A stretch of 64,000 bases of DNA from Candidatus Saccharimonadota bacterium. Lineage in GTDB: Bacteria > Patescibacteriota > Saccharimonadia > Saccharimonadales > UBA10212. Numbering within the stretch: the first letter of the stretch is position 1; each line of letters begins with the position of its first letter. Positions 26,312 through 37,536 of the stretch are shown in pieces. A program made the position numbers and the translations under genes. Below the pieces are notes generated by a model. It worked only from the letters and a program-made list of their open reading frames with translations, did no database searches and was not told the origin of the DNA. The stretch spans positions 152 through 64,151 of the forward strand of contig JAICWR010000002.1 in the NCBI GenBank assembly GCA_025934715.1, read 5' to 3'.

Positions 26312-27070
26312 ATGATTGTGAGACCGGTAAAAACCGATCGGATAATGCCCGGAAAGAAAACTATCCTTGAGATTTTAGATGATAGCTTACCCCAAATAGC
26401 GGAGCGGACCGTCGTCGTGATAACTTCCAAGATAGTTGCCTTGTGCGAAGACAGGGTGGTGCCCAGAACCGGGACCAACAAGGAGGGGTTAATAAAAGAG
26501 CAGTCTAGTTTCTACTTGCCAATGAGCCTCAGCCGATACGGTCATCACTTTACGATTACTGAGCATACTTTGGCGTCGGTCGGTGGTATTGACGAATCGA
26601 ACAGCGGCGGCGAGAATTACGTGCTGTGGCCGGCTGACTCGCAGAAATCGGCTAATCGAATCCGTGAGTATTTGGCGCGAAAACATGAAGTTAAAGAAGT
26701 CGGCGTGATTATCAGTGACAGTACCTGCGTGCCAATGTGCTGGGGCACGATTGGCCAGCCGCTTAGTTACAGTGGCTTTGAGCCGGTCCATGATTATATA
26801 GGCCAGCCGGATTTGTTTGGGCGGCCTTTCAAAGTTAGCCGCTCAGGCGTAGCCCTTGGGCTGACGGCGGCGGCAGTGGTGGTGATGGGTGAGGGCGACG
26901 AGCAGACTCCAATCGCTGTAATAACAGATGTTGACTATGTGAGGTTCCAACCCCGTAATCCGACCCAAAAAGAGCTCGAAAACTTTTATATCGCCGATTA
27001 CAAAGAAGACTTATTCGGGCCATTTTTCGAAGCCGTCGATTGGCAAAAAGGCAGACAGACGAAAAAATAA
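26312..27070 (+). CDS. CofE-family (F420-0:gamma-glutamyl ligase-like) protein
   Basis: 'VVVITSKIVALCEDRVV' and 'GGIDESNSGGENYVLWPADSQ...VGVIISDSTCVPMCWGTIGQPLSYSGF...AAAVVVMGEGDEQTPIAVI' align with the archaeal CofE core. Confidence 0.7.
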   Translation: MIVRPVKTDRIMPGKKTILEILDDSLPQIAERTVVVITSKIVALCEDRVVPRTGTNKEGLIKEQSSFYLPMSLSRYGHHFTITEHTLASVGGIDESNSGGENYVLWPADSQKSANRIREYLARKHEVKEVGVIISDSTCVPMCWGTIGQPLSYSGFEPVHDYIGQPDLFGRPFKVSRSGVALGLTAAAVVVMGEGDEQTPIAVITDVDYVRFQPRNPTQKELENFYIADYKEDLFGPFFEAVDWQKGRQTKK

Positions 27071-29299
27071 ATGTACAAATATTTGAATTTGCGACCTAAC
27101 CTATCGAGGCGGCGTTACTTAATGCTCTGGCAGCTATTGATATTGGCCTTCGGAACCAGCTGGCTTTGGGCGCCCCTGTTAAATCCGGCATTATCCGACC
27201 GGCTTTCGCTTATTAGCGATTACGAAACGGCGCATCAACCCTACGCCTGGCTATTCAGAGTTTGCGACGCCATAGCCGGACTATTGGTTATGTGGCTCGC
27301 CTTGGTGCTTATACAACGCCAGCAAAAAACGGTTGGCTGGCTGCTTATGGTTATCGGTGTCTGTTTTACCCTGGACCCCTTGCTGCCTACCACCTGCCGC
27401 CTAACAGGCGACGTTTGCCAAGGGAGTTCTACGCCACGCTATCTTATCCATGGTATCGAGTCCGTAGGCGCCGGCGCGATCGTCTTTATCACGATGGTTT
27501 ATGACTCTGTGACGCGAAAAAAGCTGTTGTCTTGGTCGGCAGCTCTCTTGCAGGTCATATATGGCGCATACTTCCTTATGGAGACCGCCCGAGATGTTCG
27601 TACTAATACTGTTTACCAATATTTATATGAAACAGTGGCGATCGCCTGGCTGGCGTGGCTGGGACGCGATTTAATAACTGAAGGCAGTTTCACGCCTAGG
27701 GTTAAAGAGCTCACGCTAGTCAAGGCGCTGGCGGCGATGTGGGCTTTTGCGAATGGGGTACTAGCTATCATTGTCAGCCTCGTCCATATCCAGCTTGTCG
27801 GCAGGTTTAAAGGGCTTTATTTCGCGGGTAACAACGCTTGGCTGGCCCAGCACGGAGTGATAATCGGTGTCATAATGATATATCTCAGCCGCCACTTGGT
27901 CCGCGGCGAGCGCCGTGCCCGGCAGATTTTTCTGGTAATCGTAGGTATCGAGGCGCTGAAGTATGCCGTGGTAACTCCTAGTTTCGTGCTACTGGCCTTA
28001 TATTCTCTAACTTTCTTTGGGTTGTTCATACTTAGGGATGATTTTGACAGGGGGACTATCCCGCTTACCTGGGCTGTTCGTTTCAGAGACCTTTATTACA
28101 TGCTGGCCGGCCTGCTGTTAGCCAGCGGAGTTGCTTTGCTAGCCCTGGACAGGGATGACAGGACATCAATTATCGCCAGCCGGGCTTTTGACCACTTCAC
28201 CGCTTATTTATCGACAAGCAACTTAGGCGGATATACCCATCTGAGGGCTGTGTTATTGGCGCAAACAGTATCCGTCTTTTTAGCGGCTGCAGCCGTTAGT
28301 GTGCTGTGGATACTTTTCAGGCCTCATAAACTAATCAGGGGGCGGCGTGAGGACTATAATCGGGCAAAGATTTTATTGAATAAGTTGTCCGGTTCGTCAG
28401 AAGATTACTTTAAGCTGTGGCCTTATGATAAACAATATTTTTGGTCCAAACAGCCGGAAGGGCTTATTGCCTATAAAATCCAGGGGTCAGCGGTTCTCGC
28501 CATGGCTGATCCTATATCCGCAGAAAAAAAAGTCATGATTGAAAAGTTTATTGAGTGGGCAAGAGAGCGCCGGCTGAAAGCTTGTTTTTTGCCCATTTAT
28601 CCCGCCAGCACAAAGCTGTACGAACAGGCCGGATTACAGTTAATCCAAATTGGGGCCAGCGCCGTGATTGATATCCAGACGTTTGTGCTAAAAACCTCGA
28701 ACGATAAATGGTGGCGCTGGCAAAAAAACCGCGCGGCTAAGAAAGAGTTCAGCTTCAAAGAATCACTTCCGCCTCACTCAGCAGATCTTTTACGCCAGCT
28801 TAAACGGGTTTCAAATAGTTGGCTCAAGGTTGGCGGCCATAAGGAATACAGTTTTGCCGTCGGCCATTTTGACAGCGATTATCTTAAACAGTGCCAGATT
28901 TACTACCTTGAGAATTCGAGCGGCCAAATCATTGCTTTCACTAACAGAGTGCCGCAGTTCAGCAAGGACGAAACAGTAACGGTGGATTTACTGCGTTATG
29001 TACCCGAGTTTAATAATGCGATGCCTTTTTTGCTTTATAAAACCATAAGGTCGGTATCGACAGAAAATAGGTCTTACAAATTCTTTGATCTGGGCTTTGT
29101 GCCGTTCGCTAAAGCGCGGGGCCCAATACAGGCGATTGCCAAAACTCTTGGCGGCAGCCGTTTTTCCGCACGCGGACTTGAGCAGTTCAAAAACAAATTT
29201 GACCCGGTGTGGCAGGATAATTATATGGCCTACGATGGAGACCTGGCGGACTTGGCGACAATAGCCCTGCGCTTAGAAGAGGCTATGGATATCAAATAA
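27071..29299 (+). CDS. MprF-like aminoacyl-phosphatidylglycerol synthase / lysyl-PG synthase family protein
   Basis: 742 aa; about 14 TM helices in the N-terminal 500 aa, then a soluble C-terminal DUF2156-type domain (GLIAYKIQGSAVLAMADP... VIDIQTFVL... WQKNRAAKKEFS... DLGFVPF). Confidence 0.7.
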   Translation: MYKYLNLRPNLSRRRYLMLWQLLILAFGTSWLWAPLLNPALSDRLSLISDYETAHQPYAWLFRVCDAIAGLLVMWLALVLIQRQQKTVGWLLMVIGVCFTLDPLLPTTCRLTGDVCQGSSTPRYLIHGIESVGAGAIVFITMVYDSVTRKKLLSWSAALLQVIYGAYFLMETARDVRTNTVYQYLYETVAIAWLAWLGRDLITEGSFTPRVKELTLVKALAAMWAFANGVLAIIVSLVHIQLVGRFKGLYFAGNNAWLAQHGVIIGVIMIYLSRHLVRGERRARQIFLVIVGIEALKYAVVTPSFVLLALYSLTFFGLFILRDDFDRGTIPLTWAVRFRDLYYMLAGLLLASGVALLALDRDDRTSIIASRAFDHFTAYLSTSNLGGYTHLRAVLLAQTVSVFLAAAAVSVLWILFRPHKLIRGRREDYNRAKILLNKLSGSSEDYFKLWPYDKQYFWSKQPEGLIAYKIQGSAVLAMADPISAEKKVMIEKFIEWARERRLKACFLPIYPASTKLYEQAGLQLIQIGASAVIDIQTFVLKTSNDKWWRWQKNRAAKKEFSFKESLPPHSADLLRQLKRVSNSWLKVGGHKEYSFAVGHFDSDYLKQCQIYYLENSSGQIIAFTNRVPQFSKDETVTVDLLRYVPEFNNAMPFLLYKTIRSVSTENRSYKFFDLGFVPFAKARGPIQAIAKTLGGSRFSARGLEQFKNKFDPVWQDNYMAYDGDLADLATIALRLEEAMDIK

Positions 29300-29373
29300 T
29301 GGTACAGCAGGATTGCTGAAGTTAGAACCGCTCTACTATCAAGTCTTAGCTTATATGATGTGTCAGGTTGAGC

Positions 29374-29814
29374 CTAAATTAATGTCTTCCAGTAATACCA
29401 GAATTTGTATAGCAATATTCCGAAAAATATCATATACCAAACGACTAATATATCTCCGTGATGCTTTTGGACCCACAAGTTCAGCCTTGGTCTTAATAGC
29501 TTGATATTGCCTTCTCGTAAATTATAAAGTGTGGTGTACCAAAGTAAGGGAGGAACAATTAACCACACAACAAAACAATAAGGACAAATTGCTTTGATTC
29601 TAAAGACAGCTTGAAAATACAGGTAGATAAAAAAGAAGAAACCTCCGAGAGCGCCAATATTTATTACTTGCCAAAGACGTTTATGCAATTTCGATCCTGA
29701 AAGCAAAACAATTCCTAGGGTAGTCAAAATACTGAAAGCCATTAAACCAAAAATGGTGTTGGGAACGCCGAGAACACTTGCTTGCTGTGTTTTCATCACC
29801 GATCCACAGCTCAA
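29374..29814 (-). CDS. VKOR/DsbB-like thiol oxidoreductase family membrane protein (CPYC motif)
   Basis: Four to five TM helices; CXXC 'CPYC' at a membrane boundary; family assignment tentative. Confidence 0.4.
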   Translation of the reverse strand: MSCGSVMKTQQASVLGVPNTIFGLMAFSILTTLGIVLLSGSKLHKRLWQVINIGALGGFFFFIYLYFQAVFRIKAICPYCFVVWLIVPPLLWYTTLYNLREGNIKLLRPRLNLWVQKHHGDILVVWYMIFFGILLYKFWYYWKTLI

Positions 29815-29962
29815 TATTGGATTGATATTGCAGGATGGCTGGTAAGATGAATTTTTAAGAACCTGAATCTTATCGTACGTCAGAGCAAATGAAGCAATTA
29901 GTCCTATGATGCCTGCTATAAGAAATATGTAAGTAGAGTTTGTCCGAGAGTGATTTTTTTCA

Positions 29963-30517
29963 CTATCTGATTCTGGCCAAGTGTAACAACCCTAACCAGA
30001 CTAGGACTGCCATAATCCCAGCTCCTACAAAAGACACAATTGCTACATATTTTGCAATCATTCCGAAGGTCCAGTAGGCATAGCCGCTTCCAAGAAGGAG
30101 ACCTCTCAATGTTTCACCCTGGAACAATGTAGCTTTCTGACCTTGAAGCTTAGTATTTGTGGGGTCTTTCAAAGCTGCTGTGCTGACTTCGGCATAGGTT
30201 TTACCGCCGGCAACCTCTTGTAGATGTACACTAATAAAATTATTGGCGTACACTTTTGCCTGCTGTCCGTCCGTTAGTTGTTGCCCAGCATATTTATTCA
30301 TTTCTTGCTGATCTGATGCTGGTAAAGACGTTATTGCTGGGCTACCTTTTGGAGGAAAAAAGATTTTCTGGGCTGATAGTTCTGTTTTAACTTGGTTAGT
30401 GGCAAAATGATAACCGTACCATGCGAGCCCCCCAACTACGAGCAAAACCGCCGTCATCGCTGTTCCAAGTAATATAAAAACTTTATCTATTGCTTTTCGT
30501 TCTGTATTTCTTGCCAT
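29963..30517 (-). CDS. Hypothetical membrane protein (N- and C-terminal TM helices)
   Basis: TM at residues about 14-35 and in the C-terminal 40 residues; no motif. Confidence 0.45.
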   Translation of the reverse strand: MARNTERKAIDKVFILLGTAMTAVLLVVGGLAWYGYHFATNQVKTELSAQKIFFPPKGSPAITSLPASDQQEMNKYAGQQLTDGQQAKVYANNFISVHLQEVAGGKTYAEVSTAALKDPTNTKLQGQKATLFQGETLRGLLLGSGYAYWTFGMIAKYVAIVSFVGAGIMAVLVWLGLLHLARIR

Positions 30518-30611
30518 CTGTTTTCCCCTATTGTTAAGTATCTGTCTTTATTTTAACTCTTAAGCTTATCTGTATCCATTCCGGAAAAGGACTTTTTATA
30601 GTGCATAGAAA

Positions 30612-30688
30612 TGGTACGCCCGGAAGGATTCGAACCTACGACCTCCTGTTCCGAAGACAGGCGCTCTGATCCGCTGAGCTACGGGCGC
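30612..30688 (-). tRNA. tRNA-Arg (anticodon TCG)
   Basis: Reverse complement GCGCCCGTAGCTCAGCGGATCAGAGCGCCTGTCTTCGGAACAGGAGGTCGTAGGTTCGAATCCTTCCGGGCGTACCA; anticodon loop CTTCGGA. Confidence 0.8.
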
Positions 30689-30689
30689 A

Positions 30690-30766
30690 TGGTACGCGTG
30701 GAGGGATTTGAACCCCCGGCCTTTGGTACCGGAAACCAACGCTCTATCCAGCTGAGCTACACGCGC
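30690..30766 (-). tRNA. tRNA-Arg (anticodon CCG)
   Basis: Reverse complement GCGCGTGTAGCTCAGCTGGATAGAGCGTTGGTTTCCGGTACCAAAGGCCGGGGGTTCAAATCCCTCCACGCGTACCA; anticodon loop TTCCGGT. Confidence 0.8.
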
Positions 30767-30795
30767 TTAACAGAGGTCATTATATCAGTTTTTGC

Positions 30796-31317
30796 TTAGT
30801 TATTCTCTGGCGAGGAAATCCGCCGCGGCTGGACGCTGTCAGTTTGGGATAAAGTGATCTGCAGGATTTTGAGGACACTTTTGGCGTGCTCGCGGCTCAT
30901 GCCTACCCGGCTGACGACTTGAGTGCTGTTGGACGGGCCGCTTTGCATGAAATTCATCACCACGCCATGGTTATTGACCATGATGTCGACAATGTCCGAA
31001 TAAATGATTTTTTGCCCATGGTCTGTAGCAGCTAGGGTTTCGGTGGTCGCCATGCGCGACACCGAGGACTTATCGGTCCCGTAGCCGGCCATTTCCCAGA
31101 GGTGGACTGCTTCGTCATCCTTAGCACCGAAGTGGCTGATCAACAGTAATAGAACATCTTCATTGGGCCGCGCCTTACCCAGCTCATAGCTGGCCAGCTC
31201 ACGGACATCTATCTCCACGGCTCCAGAGGTTTCGGCTAGGCTTTCCTGGGCCCGGGTTCGTAGGTTTTTGAGCTGTTTACCCAGTGGGCGGTAAGGAGTT
31301 TTGGCCGAATCATTCAT
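30796..31317 (-). CDS. XRE-family helix-turn-helix transcriptional regulator
   Basis: HTH 'LKNLRTRAQESLAETSGAVEIDVRELASYELGKARPNEDVLLLLISHF'; the start is uncertain (the ORF extends to 31380). Confidence 0.6.
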   Translation of the reverse strand: MNDSAKTPYRPLGKQLKNLRTRAQESLAETSGAVEIDVRELASYELGKARPNEDVLLLLISHFGAKDDEAVHLWEMAGYGTDKSSVSRMATTETLAATDHGQKIIYSDIVDIMVNNHGVVMNFMQSGPSNSTQVVSRVGMSREHAKSVLKILQITLSQTDSVQPRRISSPENN

Positions 31318-31344
31318 CAATACACCTATTGTACAATAAGGCTG

Positions 31345-32373
31345 ATGCGTATCCAGGAAAATGTCAGTCTTCGCGACCACAGCACGATGCGCTTAGGCGG
31401 TGAAGCCCACTATCTTGCCGAGATAAAAAACATCCGTGATTTGCAAGAAGCCTATAGCTGGGCGGCTGGCAACCACCTGCCCGTGATAATGATTGGCCGG
31501 GGCAGTAATATTATTTGGCGCGACGAGGGTTTTGGCGGCTTGGTGATGGTCAACAAAATCATGGGTCGCGAGGTTTTGGCCGAAGATAACCACTCGGCGA
31601 CCTTAAAAATAGCTGCCGGCGAGAACTGGGACGAAGCCGTAAAATGGTCCGTGGATAAAAAGCTCAGCGGCATCGAGTACATGTCGCTCATCCCCGGCAC
31701 AGTCGGGGCGGCGCCGGTACAAAACGTCGGGGCTTATGGGGGCGAGCTGGCCTACACTTTGCTTGAGCTGGAAGCTTTTGACGCCAGGCTGAACGCGTTT
31801 TTGAAGCTGCAGAACCACGAGTGCGGTTTTTCATACCGCTCCAGCCGTTTCAAGACCGCCGACCGGGGCCGGTTTTTCATCAGTTCAATCACGCTTAACT
31901 TACGCAAGGCGCCGCCGGCGCCGCCGTTTTATGAATCATTGCAACGTTATTTGGACGAGCACGGGATTGATAAATACACTGCTAAAACAATCCGTGAGGC
32001 GGTGATTGATATCCGCCAAAACAAACTGCCGGATCCCGAAAAAGTGTCGAACAATGGCTCATTCTTTACAAATCCGATAGTCGAGGCGGCCAAATTCGAG
32101 GAACTTAAACGGGCTTACCCTCAAATAAAAGGCTGGCCGGTGGCGGATGGACGGATAAAAATCGCGGCCGGATGGTTGGTAGAACAGGCTGGCTTTAAAG
32201 GTGTCCATGACCAGCAAACCGGCATGGCCACCTGGCCGAACCAAGCCCTGGTGCTGGTGAATGAGAACGCCCAAAGTACACAGAATTTATTGGCATTCAG
32301 GCAAAAAATCCTCGATAAAGTCCAACAGATGTTCGGCATCCCACTCGAGCAGGAACCCGAAATTCTGCCCTAG
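31345..32373 (+). CDS. murB: UDP-N-acetylenolpyruvoylglucosamine reductase
   Basis: FAD-binding N-terminus 'LRDHSTMRLGGEAHYLAEI... IGRGSNII' and the MurB C-terminal domain. Confidence 0.85.
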   Translation: MRIQENVSLRDHSTMRLGGEAHYLAEIKNIRDLQEAYSWAAGNHLPVIMIGRGSNIIWRDEGFGGLVMVNKIMGREVLAEDNHSATLKIAAGENWDEAVKWSVDKKLSGIEYMSLIPGTVGAAPVQNVGAYGGELAYTLLELEAFDARLNAFLKLQNHECGFSYRSSRFKTADRGRFFISSITLNLRKAPPAPPFYESLQRYLDEHGIDKYTAKTIREAVIDIRQNKLPDPEKVSNNGSFFTNPIVEAAKFEELKRAYPQIKGWPVADGRIKIAAGWLVEQAGFKGVHDQQTGMATWPNQALVLVNENAQSTQNLLAFRQKILDKVQQMFGIPLEQEPEILP

Positions 32374-32391
32374 TAGTGCTAAGATTGGTTC

Positions 32392-32614
32392 ATGGCCAAG
32401 AAAACAAAAAGGAAGAAATGGTTCGTAGCGGTGCGCGGCAGTTACTTGCCTAATAGCCGTGCCGGCTGGCTGACCTATATTCCCTTCACCGCTTTCCTGT
32501 TAATAACCCTATACATCGGGTGGCACTACAGCCCAGACACCGGCTTAGCGATCTTATATATTTTCCCAAATTGGATTGCCGCCGCTGTGGTGATGACCTG
32601 GGTCGCCAAGCGCA

Positions 32615-32622
<8 letters not shown>
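32392..32622 (+). CDS. Small membrane protein (2 TM)
   Basis: 76 aa with two hydrophobic helices; overlaps the glyA 3' end by 8 bp. Confidence 0.4.
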
Positions 32623-33898
<1,276 letters not shown>

Positions 33899-34043
33899 AA
33901 TAGAATCTCCTCTCATTTACTTAGTGGGTCGGAATTGAGAGGCAGCTAGATCATGGGTTTATTTTAGCAGTTTAGCGTTGGACAAGGGTTGTCAAAAATG
34001 AAGTGGACGATTTTATACCTTAGATGATATTATCGCTGAGTTA

Positions 34044-35570
34044 ATGCACGAAACTAATCAGAAAATTGGCCGTTTAATTCATCAGATACGGCAAGAGCGG
34101 GGTTTGACCCAGGCGGCTTTTGCCCAGCAACTTGGCACCAGCCAATCGGCCGTCAACCGTATCGAACATGGCAAGCAGAACCTCAGCCTCGACACTTTAG
34201 GCCGTATCAGCGACGTGTTAAACAAACAGCTTATAACCCTTAGCGGCAGTGCAATCAACCTTCGGGTGGAAGGCGGCCATGAACTCAAAGGGGAGATTGC
34301 GCTCAAAACATCTAAGAATGCCGCTGTAGCCCTGCTCTGCGCCAGCTTGCTCAATAAAGGCACGACCCGGCTTAAAAGGGTCGCCCGGATAGAAGAAGTC
34401 AACCGGATAATCGAAGTCCTGACCAGCATTGGTGTGCAGGTTAAGTGGCTGCCGGGTAATGACCTTGAAATCAAACCGCCCAGAAAACTGGAACTGGCCT
34501 CGATGAACAAAGAAGCCGCCCGCAAAACCAGGATCGTCATTATGCTGGCCGGCAGCCTGATGCACGACTATCCGGAGTTCAAAATCCCTTATGCCGGCGG
34601 CTGCGAACTGGGGCGAAGAACTATTCTTCCGCACATATATGCGCTGGAGGATTTCGGTGTTAAAATCGTGGCCCATAGCGGCCACTACAATGTGGTTTCC
34701 ACGCCTCGCCTTCCCCGCGGGCCAGTTGTGATGTACGAAATGAGCGACGTTGCCACGGAGAACGCTTTGCTGGCTGCCGCCCGGCAAGAGGGCGAGACTG
34801 TCATTAAGCAAGCCAGCGCTAATTATATGGTGCGCGACCTTTGCTACTTTTTGGAGAAACTGGGCGTCAAAATCGATGGCATCGGCACCAATACTCTCCG
34901 GGTGCAGGGCTTAAAAGAAATCAAGAAAAGCGTCAGTTATTCGCCTACCGAGGATCCTGTAGAAGCCATGACTTTCATTGCGGCCGCCGTGACTACAGAT
35001 TCTTCGATCACCATCCGGCGGGCGCCAATCGATTTTTTGGAGTTCGAACTTTTAAAACTTAGTAAGATGGGTCTGAAATTTGATGTCAGCACCCCTTATA
35101 AAGCCGACAGTGGCCGCTCCGACCTGGTCGATATCGAAGTTCATAAGCATAACGGCGAACTAAAAGCGCCGGAGGAAAAAATCCACCCGTTGCCCGGCGG
35201 TGACGGCATTAACATTGACCATCTACCATACTTCGTGCCGATAGTGGCCGTGGCGCAGGGCCGCAGCCTTATCCATGATTGGGTTTATGAAGACCGGGCC
35301 CTGATGTACACCGAGATGAAAAAGATAGGGGTCAACCTGGAACTGGCCGACCCGCACCGGGTGTTCGTAGACGGTCCCACGCGCTGGCGCGCCGCTGACA
35401 TCGTCGCTCCCAGCGGCTTGCGGCCAGCTGTTATCTTACTCATCGGCATGCTGGCCGCCGGCGGCATCTCCATGCTGCGCAATGTTTACACCATCAACCG
35501 CGGCTACGAAGATTTAGCCGACCGGCTTAACAGCCTCGGCGCCCACATATCTGTCATCCACGAAGCCTAA
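34044..35570 (+). CDS. murA: UDP-N-acetylglucosamine 1-carboxyvinyltransferase with an N-terminal XRE helix-turn-helix fusion
   Basis: Residues about 10-65 form a canonical XRE HTH (RGLTQAAFAQQLGTSQSAVNRIEHGKQNLSLDTLGRISDVL); the rest is MurA ('LKGEIALKTSKNAAVALLCASLL', active-site 'GGCELGRRTI'). Confidence 0.8.
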   Translation: MHETNQKIGRLIHQIRQERGLTQAAFAQQLGTSQSAVNRIEHGKQNLSLDTLGRISDVLNKQLITLSGSAINLRVEGGHELKGEIALKTSKNAAVALLCASLLNKGTTRLKRVARIEEVNRIIEVLTSIGVQVKWLPGNDLEIKPPRKLELASMNKEAARKTRIVIMLAGSLMHDYPEFKIPYAGGCELGRRTILPHIYALEDFGVKIVAHSGHYNVVSTPRLPRGPVVMYEMSDVATENALLAAARQEGETVIKQASANYMVRDLCYFLEKLGVKIDGIGTNTLRVQGLKEIKKSVSYSPTEDPVEAMTFIAAAVTTDSSITIRRAPIDFLEFELLKLSKMGLKFDVSTPYKADSGRSDLVDIEVHKHNGELKAPEEKIHPLPGGDGINIDHLPYFVPIVAVAQGRSLIHDWVYEDRALMYTEMKKIGVNLELADPHRVFVDGPTRWRAADIVAPSGLRPAVILLIGMLAAGGISMLRNVYTINRGYEDLADRLNSLGAHISVIHEA

Positions 35571-35576
35571 AAGACT

Positions 35577-36926
35577 TTATTTTTGAGCGGCGATACCGCT
35601 TCGCTCAGGTGATTTCCAGGTTATGAAATCATTGCTGATGCTTTCTTTAAGTTTGTGAAGTTTCATCACCGAAATCACTAAAGACACATACTCGATCAAG
35701 GTCAGTAGGTATATTAAGAAGTACATGGTGGGAGCAATGATGCTAAGCCTAGTCTTTTCAAGCTTTGAAAGATGTTCAGTTGACCATACTGCCAATAGCA
35801 GATAGGTTGAGATTATAGAAGCCACAATAATCATCGTCATTGGGTTCTGGTATTTTATTGAAGAATAAAGGAGGTAGCCAATTATTAATGGTTCACAGAA
35901 TAGAAAGAATTCTTGCACCACAGCATAAGGAAGCATAATCCATGTGAGCGGCTTGCTGAATTCTTTCCCTGTATTAAAGAAAATTGATCGGTTTTTCAAA
36001 AAGGTCTGCATCCTTCCATACTTCCAGCGGAATCGTTGGTTAATTAATCCTTTAAGGGATTGGACTGGCTCGGTGTAGCTTATTGCATCGGCTGCAAAAA
36101 CCAGTTTGTTCTTTTTGTTTCCGCGACCCACGATCTTCATACTTAGGTCAATGTCTTCAGTCATTGTATTAGTATCGTAGTAGCCAACTCTACGAACAGC
36201 TGACCGTCTAAACATCGAACCGATACCACCAATGATGTATTCAATATTCATAGAGGTCTGCGCTTTTTTCATATGCCCGCATAGAATATATTCGAAGCGC
36301 TGGACCAAGCCCAGAACCGTGCCGTCTTCTATGACATTCACATTGCTGGCCATTGCAACCACCTCTCTATCCCGGAAGTACTTTACGGAGTTTTCTACCA
36401 TACGGGGATGCACGAGAGAATCTCCGTCTAAGCACATAATGAGTTTTCCAGTGGCATAGTTCATAATCCCATTATTAAGAGCCGAGGCTTTGCCTCCATT
36501 CAACTGGTTGACCAGGCGGACTGGAAAATATGATGCTTCTCGGCGCACGTACCTTTTGGTAATAGTGGAGTTCCTGGGGTGGCGATGGAATTCTGCTTTA
36601 GCCTCTAGTTTTTTTAATTCAGCGATATATTTCCTAACTATAGCCGCGGTAGAATCTGTCGACCCATCATTTACTACAATTATTTCCATTTTATTTTTAG
36701 GATAAGTGCTGGCTTGGAGGCTCTTTAGGGTTTCCTTTATCACAACTCCCTCATTATGAGCAGGCACTACGACAGAGACAGTCGGCCTGTATTGTCTTTT
36801 GTTTCGATGTTTGCGTGTCTTTAAGGCCCGATAAATCTCATAGTAATCGCTGGCCAGCATGTATGCGGAAAGCCTGAAAAGATTCAGAATACCTAGAAGC
36901 GCTAAAGCGATGATGAGCTTATTCAT
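35577..36926 (-). CDS. Processive family-2 glycosyltransferase (PgaC/IcaA/cellulose-synthase-like) with TM helices
   Basis: 'VSVVVPAHNEGVVI', 'IIVVNDGSTDST', 'CLDGDS', 'QRFRWKYG' (QxxRW) motifs; N- and C-terminal TM helices. Confidence 0.75.
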   Translation of the reverse strand: MNKLIIALALLGILNLFRLSAYMLASDYYEIYRALKTRKHRNKRQYRPTVSVVVPAHNEGVVIKETLKSLQASTYPKNKMEIIVVNDGSTDSTAAIVRKYIAELKKLEAKAEFHRHPRNSTITKRYVRREASYFPVRLVNQLNGGKASALNNGIMNYATGKLIMCLDGDSLVHPRMVENSVKYFRDREVVAMASNVNVIEDGTVLGLVQRFEYILCGHMKKAQTSMNIEYIIGGIGSMFRRSAVRRVGYYDTNTMTEDIDLSMKIVGRGNKKNKLVFAADAISYTEPVQSLKGLINQRFRWKYGRMQTFLKNRSIFFNTGKEFSKPLTWIMLPYAVVQEFFLFCEPLIIGYLLYSSIKYQNPMTMIIVASIISTYLLLAVWSTEHLSKLEKTRLSIIAPTMYFLIYLLTLIEYVSLVISVMKLHKLKESISNDFITWKSPERSGIAAQK

Positions 36927-36927
36927 C

Positions 36928-37506
36928 TTAGGCCGCCTTCACTAACTCAAAGGTCATAAAGCGCCGGTTTTGCGACCACGCTCCATCGCAAGTCATAAGC
37001 TTCAATACAGGCTTTTGGCTATCAAGGTTAGCAAATATTTGGGTGTCTGTCGGGTTAACTATCACGTCACTTTTGAAGATGTACTCAAAAATGTGTCCGT
37101 TGTTTGTATAAACCAAAGCCTTATCGCCGGGTTTGAGGTTGTATGTCCGGCCAAACACATATACCAGCGCATGCCCATAAATAAGAGTTGTGCCGTGGCT
37201 ATTGTTTATGGGATAGGTATTGATTGCAAAGTTGGCATTCACCGGCGACACGTACCACCCTTGCTCGGCGTTGATATAATGGCCTTTCACCACTGGTAAG
37301 TCAATGCTCACGTCAGGCAACACAATCCTCACGGGTATACCGCTGATTATAGATGGTGCTGTTTTCTTATTGAGTTGAACTTGAGCAGTGTGAGCAGCGG
37401 CCTGCACATCTTGGGTATGCCGGTATGATAAGTAAAAGGGACTCGCCACTAGGGCGGCGAGCCCTATATACAGCGGCAGCAATTTTAAATATAAGCTGAC
37501 TCGCAT
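36928..37506 (-). CDS. Sortase-family transpeptidase
   Basis: N-terminal TM; 'TLIYGH' His motif; 'KLMTCDGAWSQNRR' with the TLXTC-type Cys and a conserved Arg. Confidence 0.7.
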   Translation of the reverse strand: MRVSLYLKLLPLYIGLAALVASPFYLSYRHTQDVQAAAHTAQVQLNKKTAPSIISGIPVRIVLPDVSIDLPVVKGHYINAEQGWYVSPVNANFAINTYPINNSHGTTLIYGHALVYVFGRTYNLKPGDKALVYTNNGHIFEYIFKSDVIVNPTDTQIFANLDSQKPVLKLMTCDGAWSQNRRFMTFELVKAA

Positions 37507-37536
37507 ATTTCCACCTATATTTTGAATAGCCGTCTC

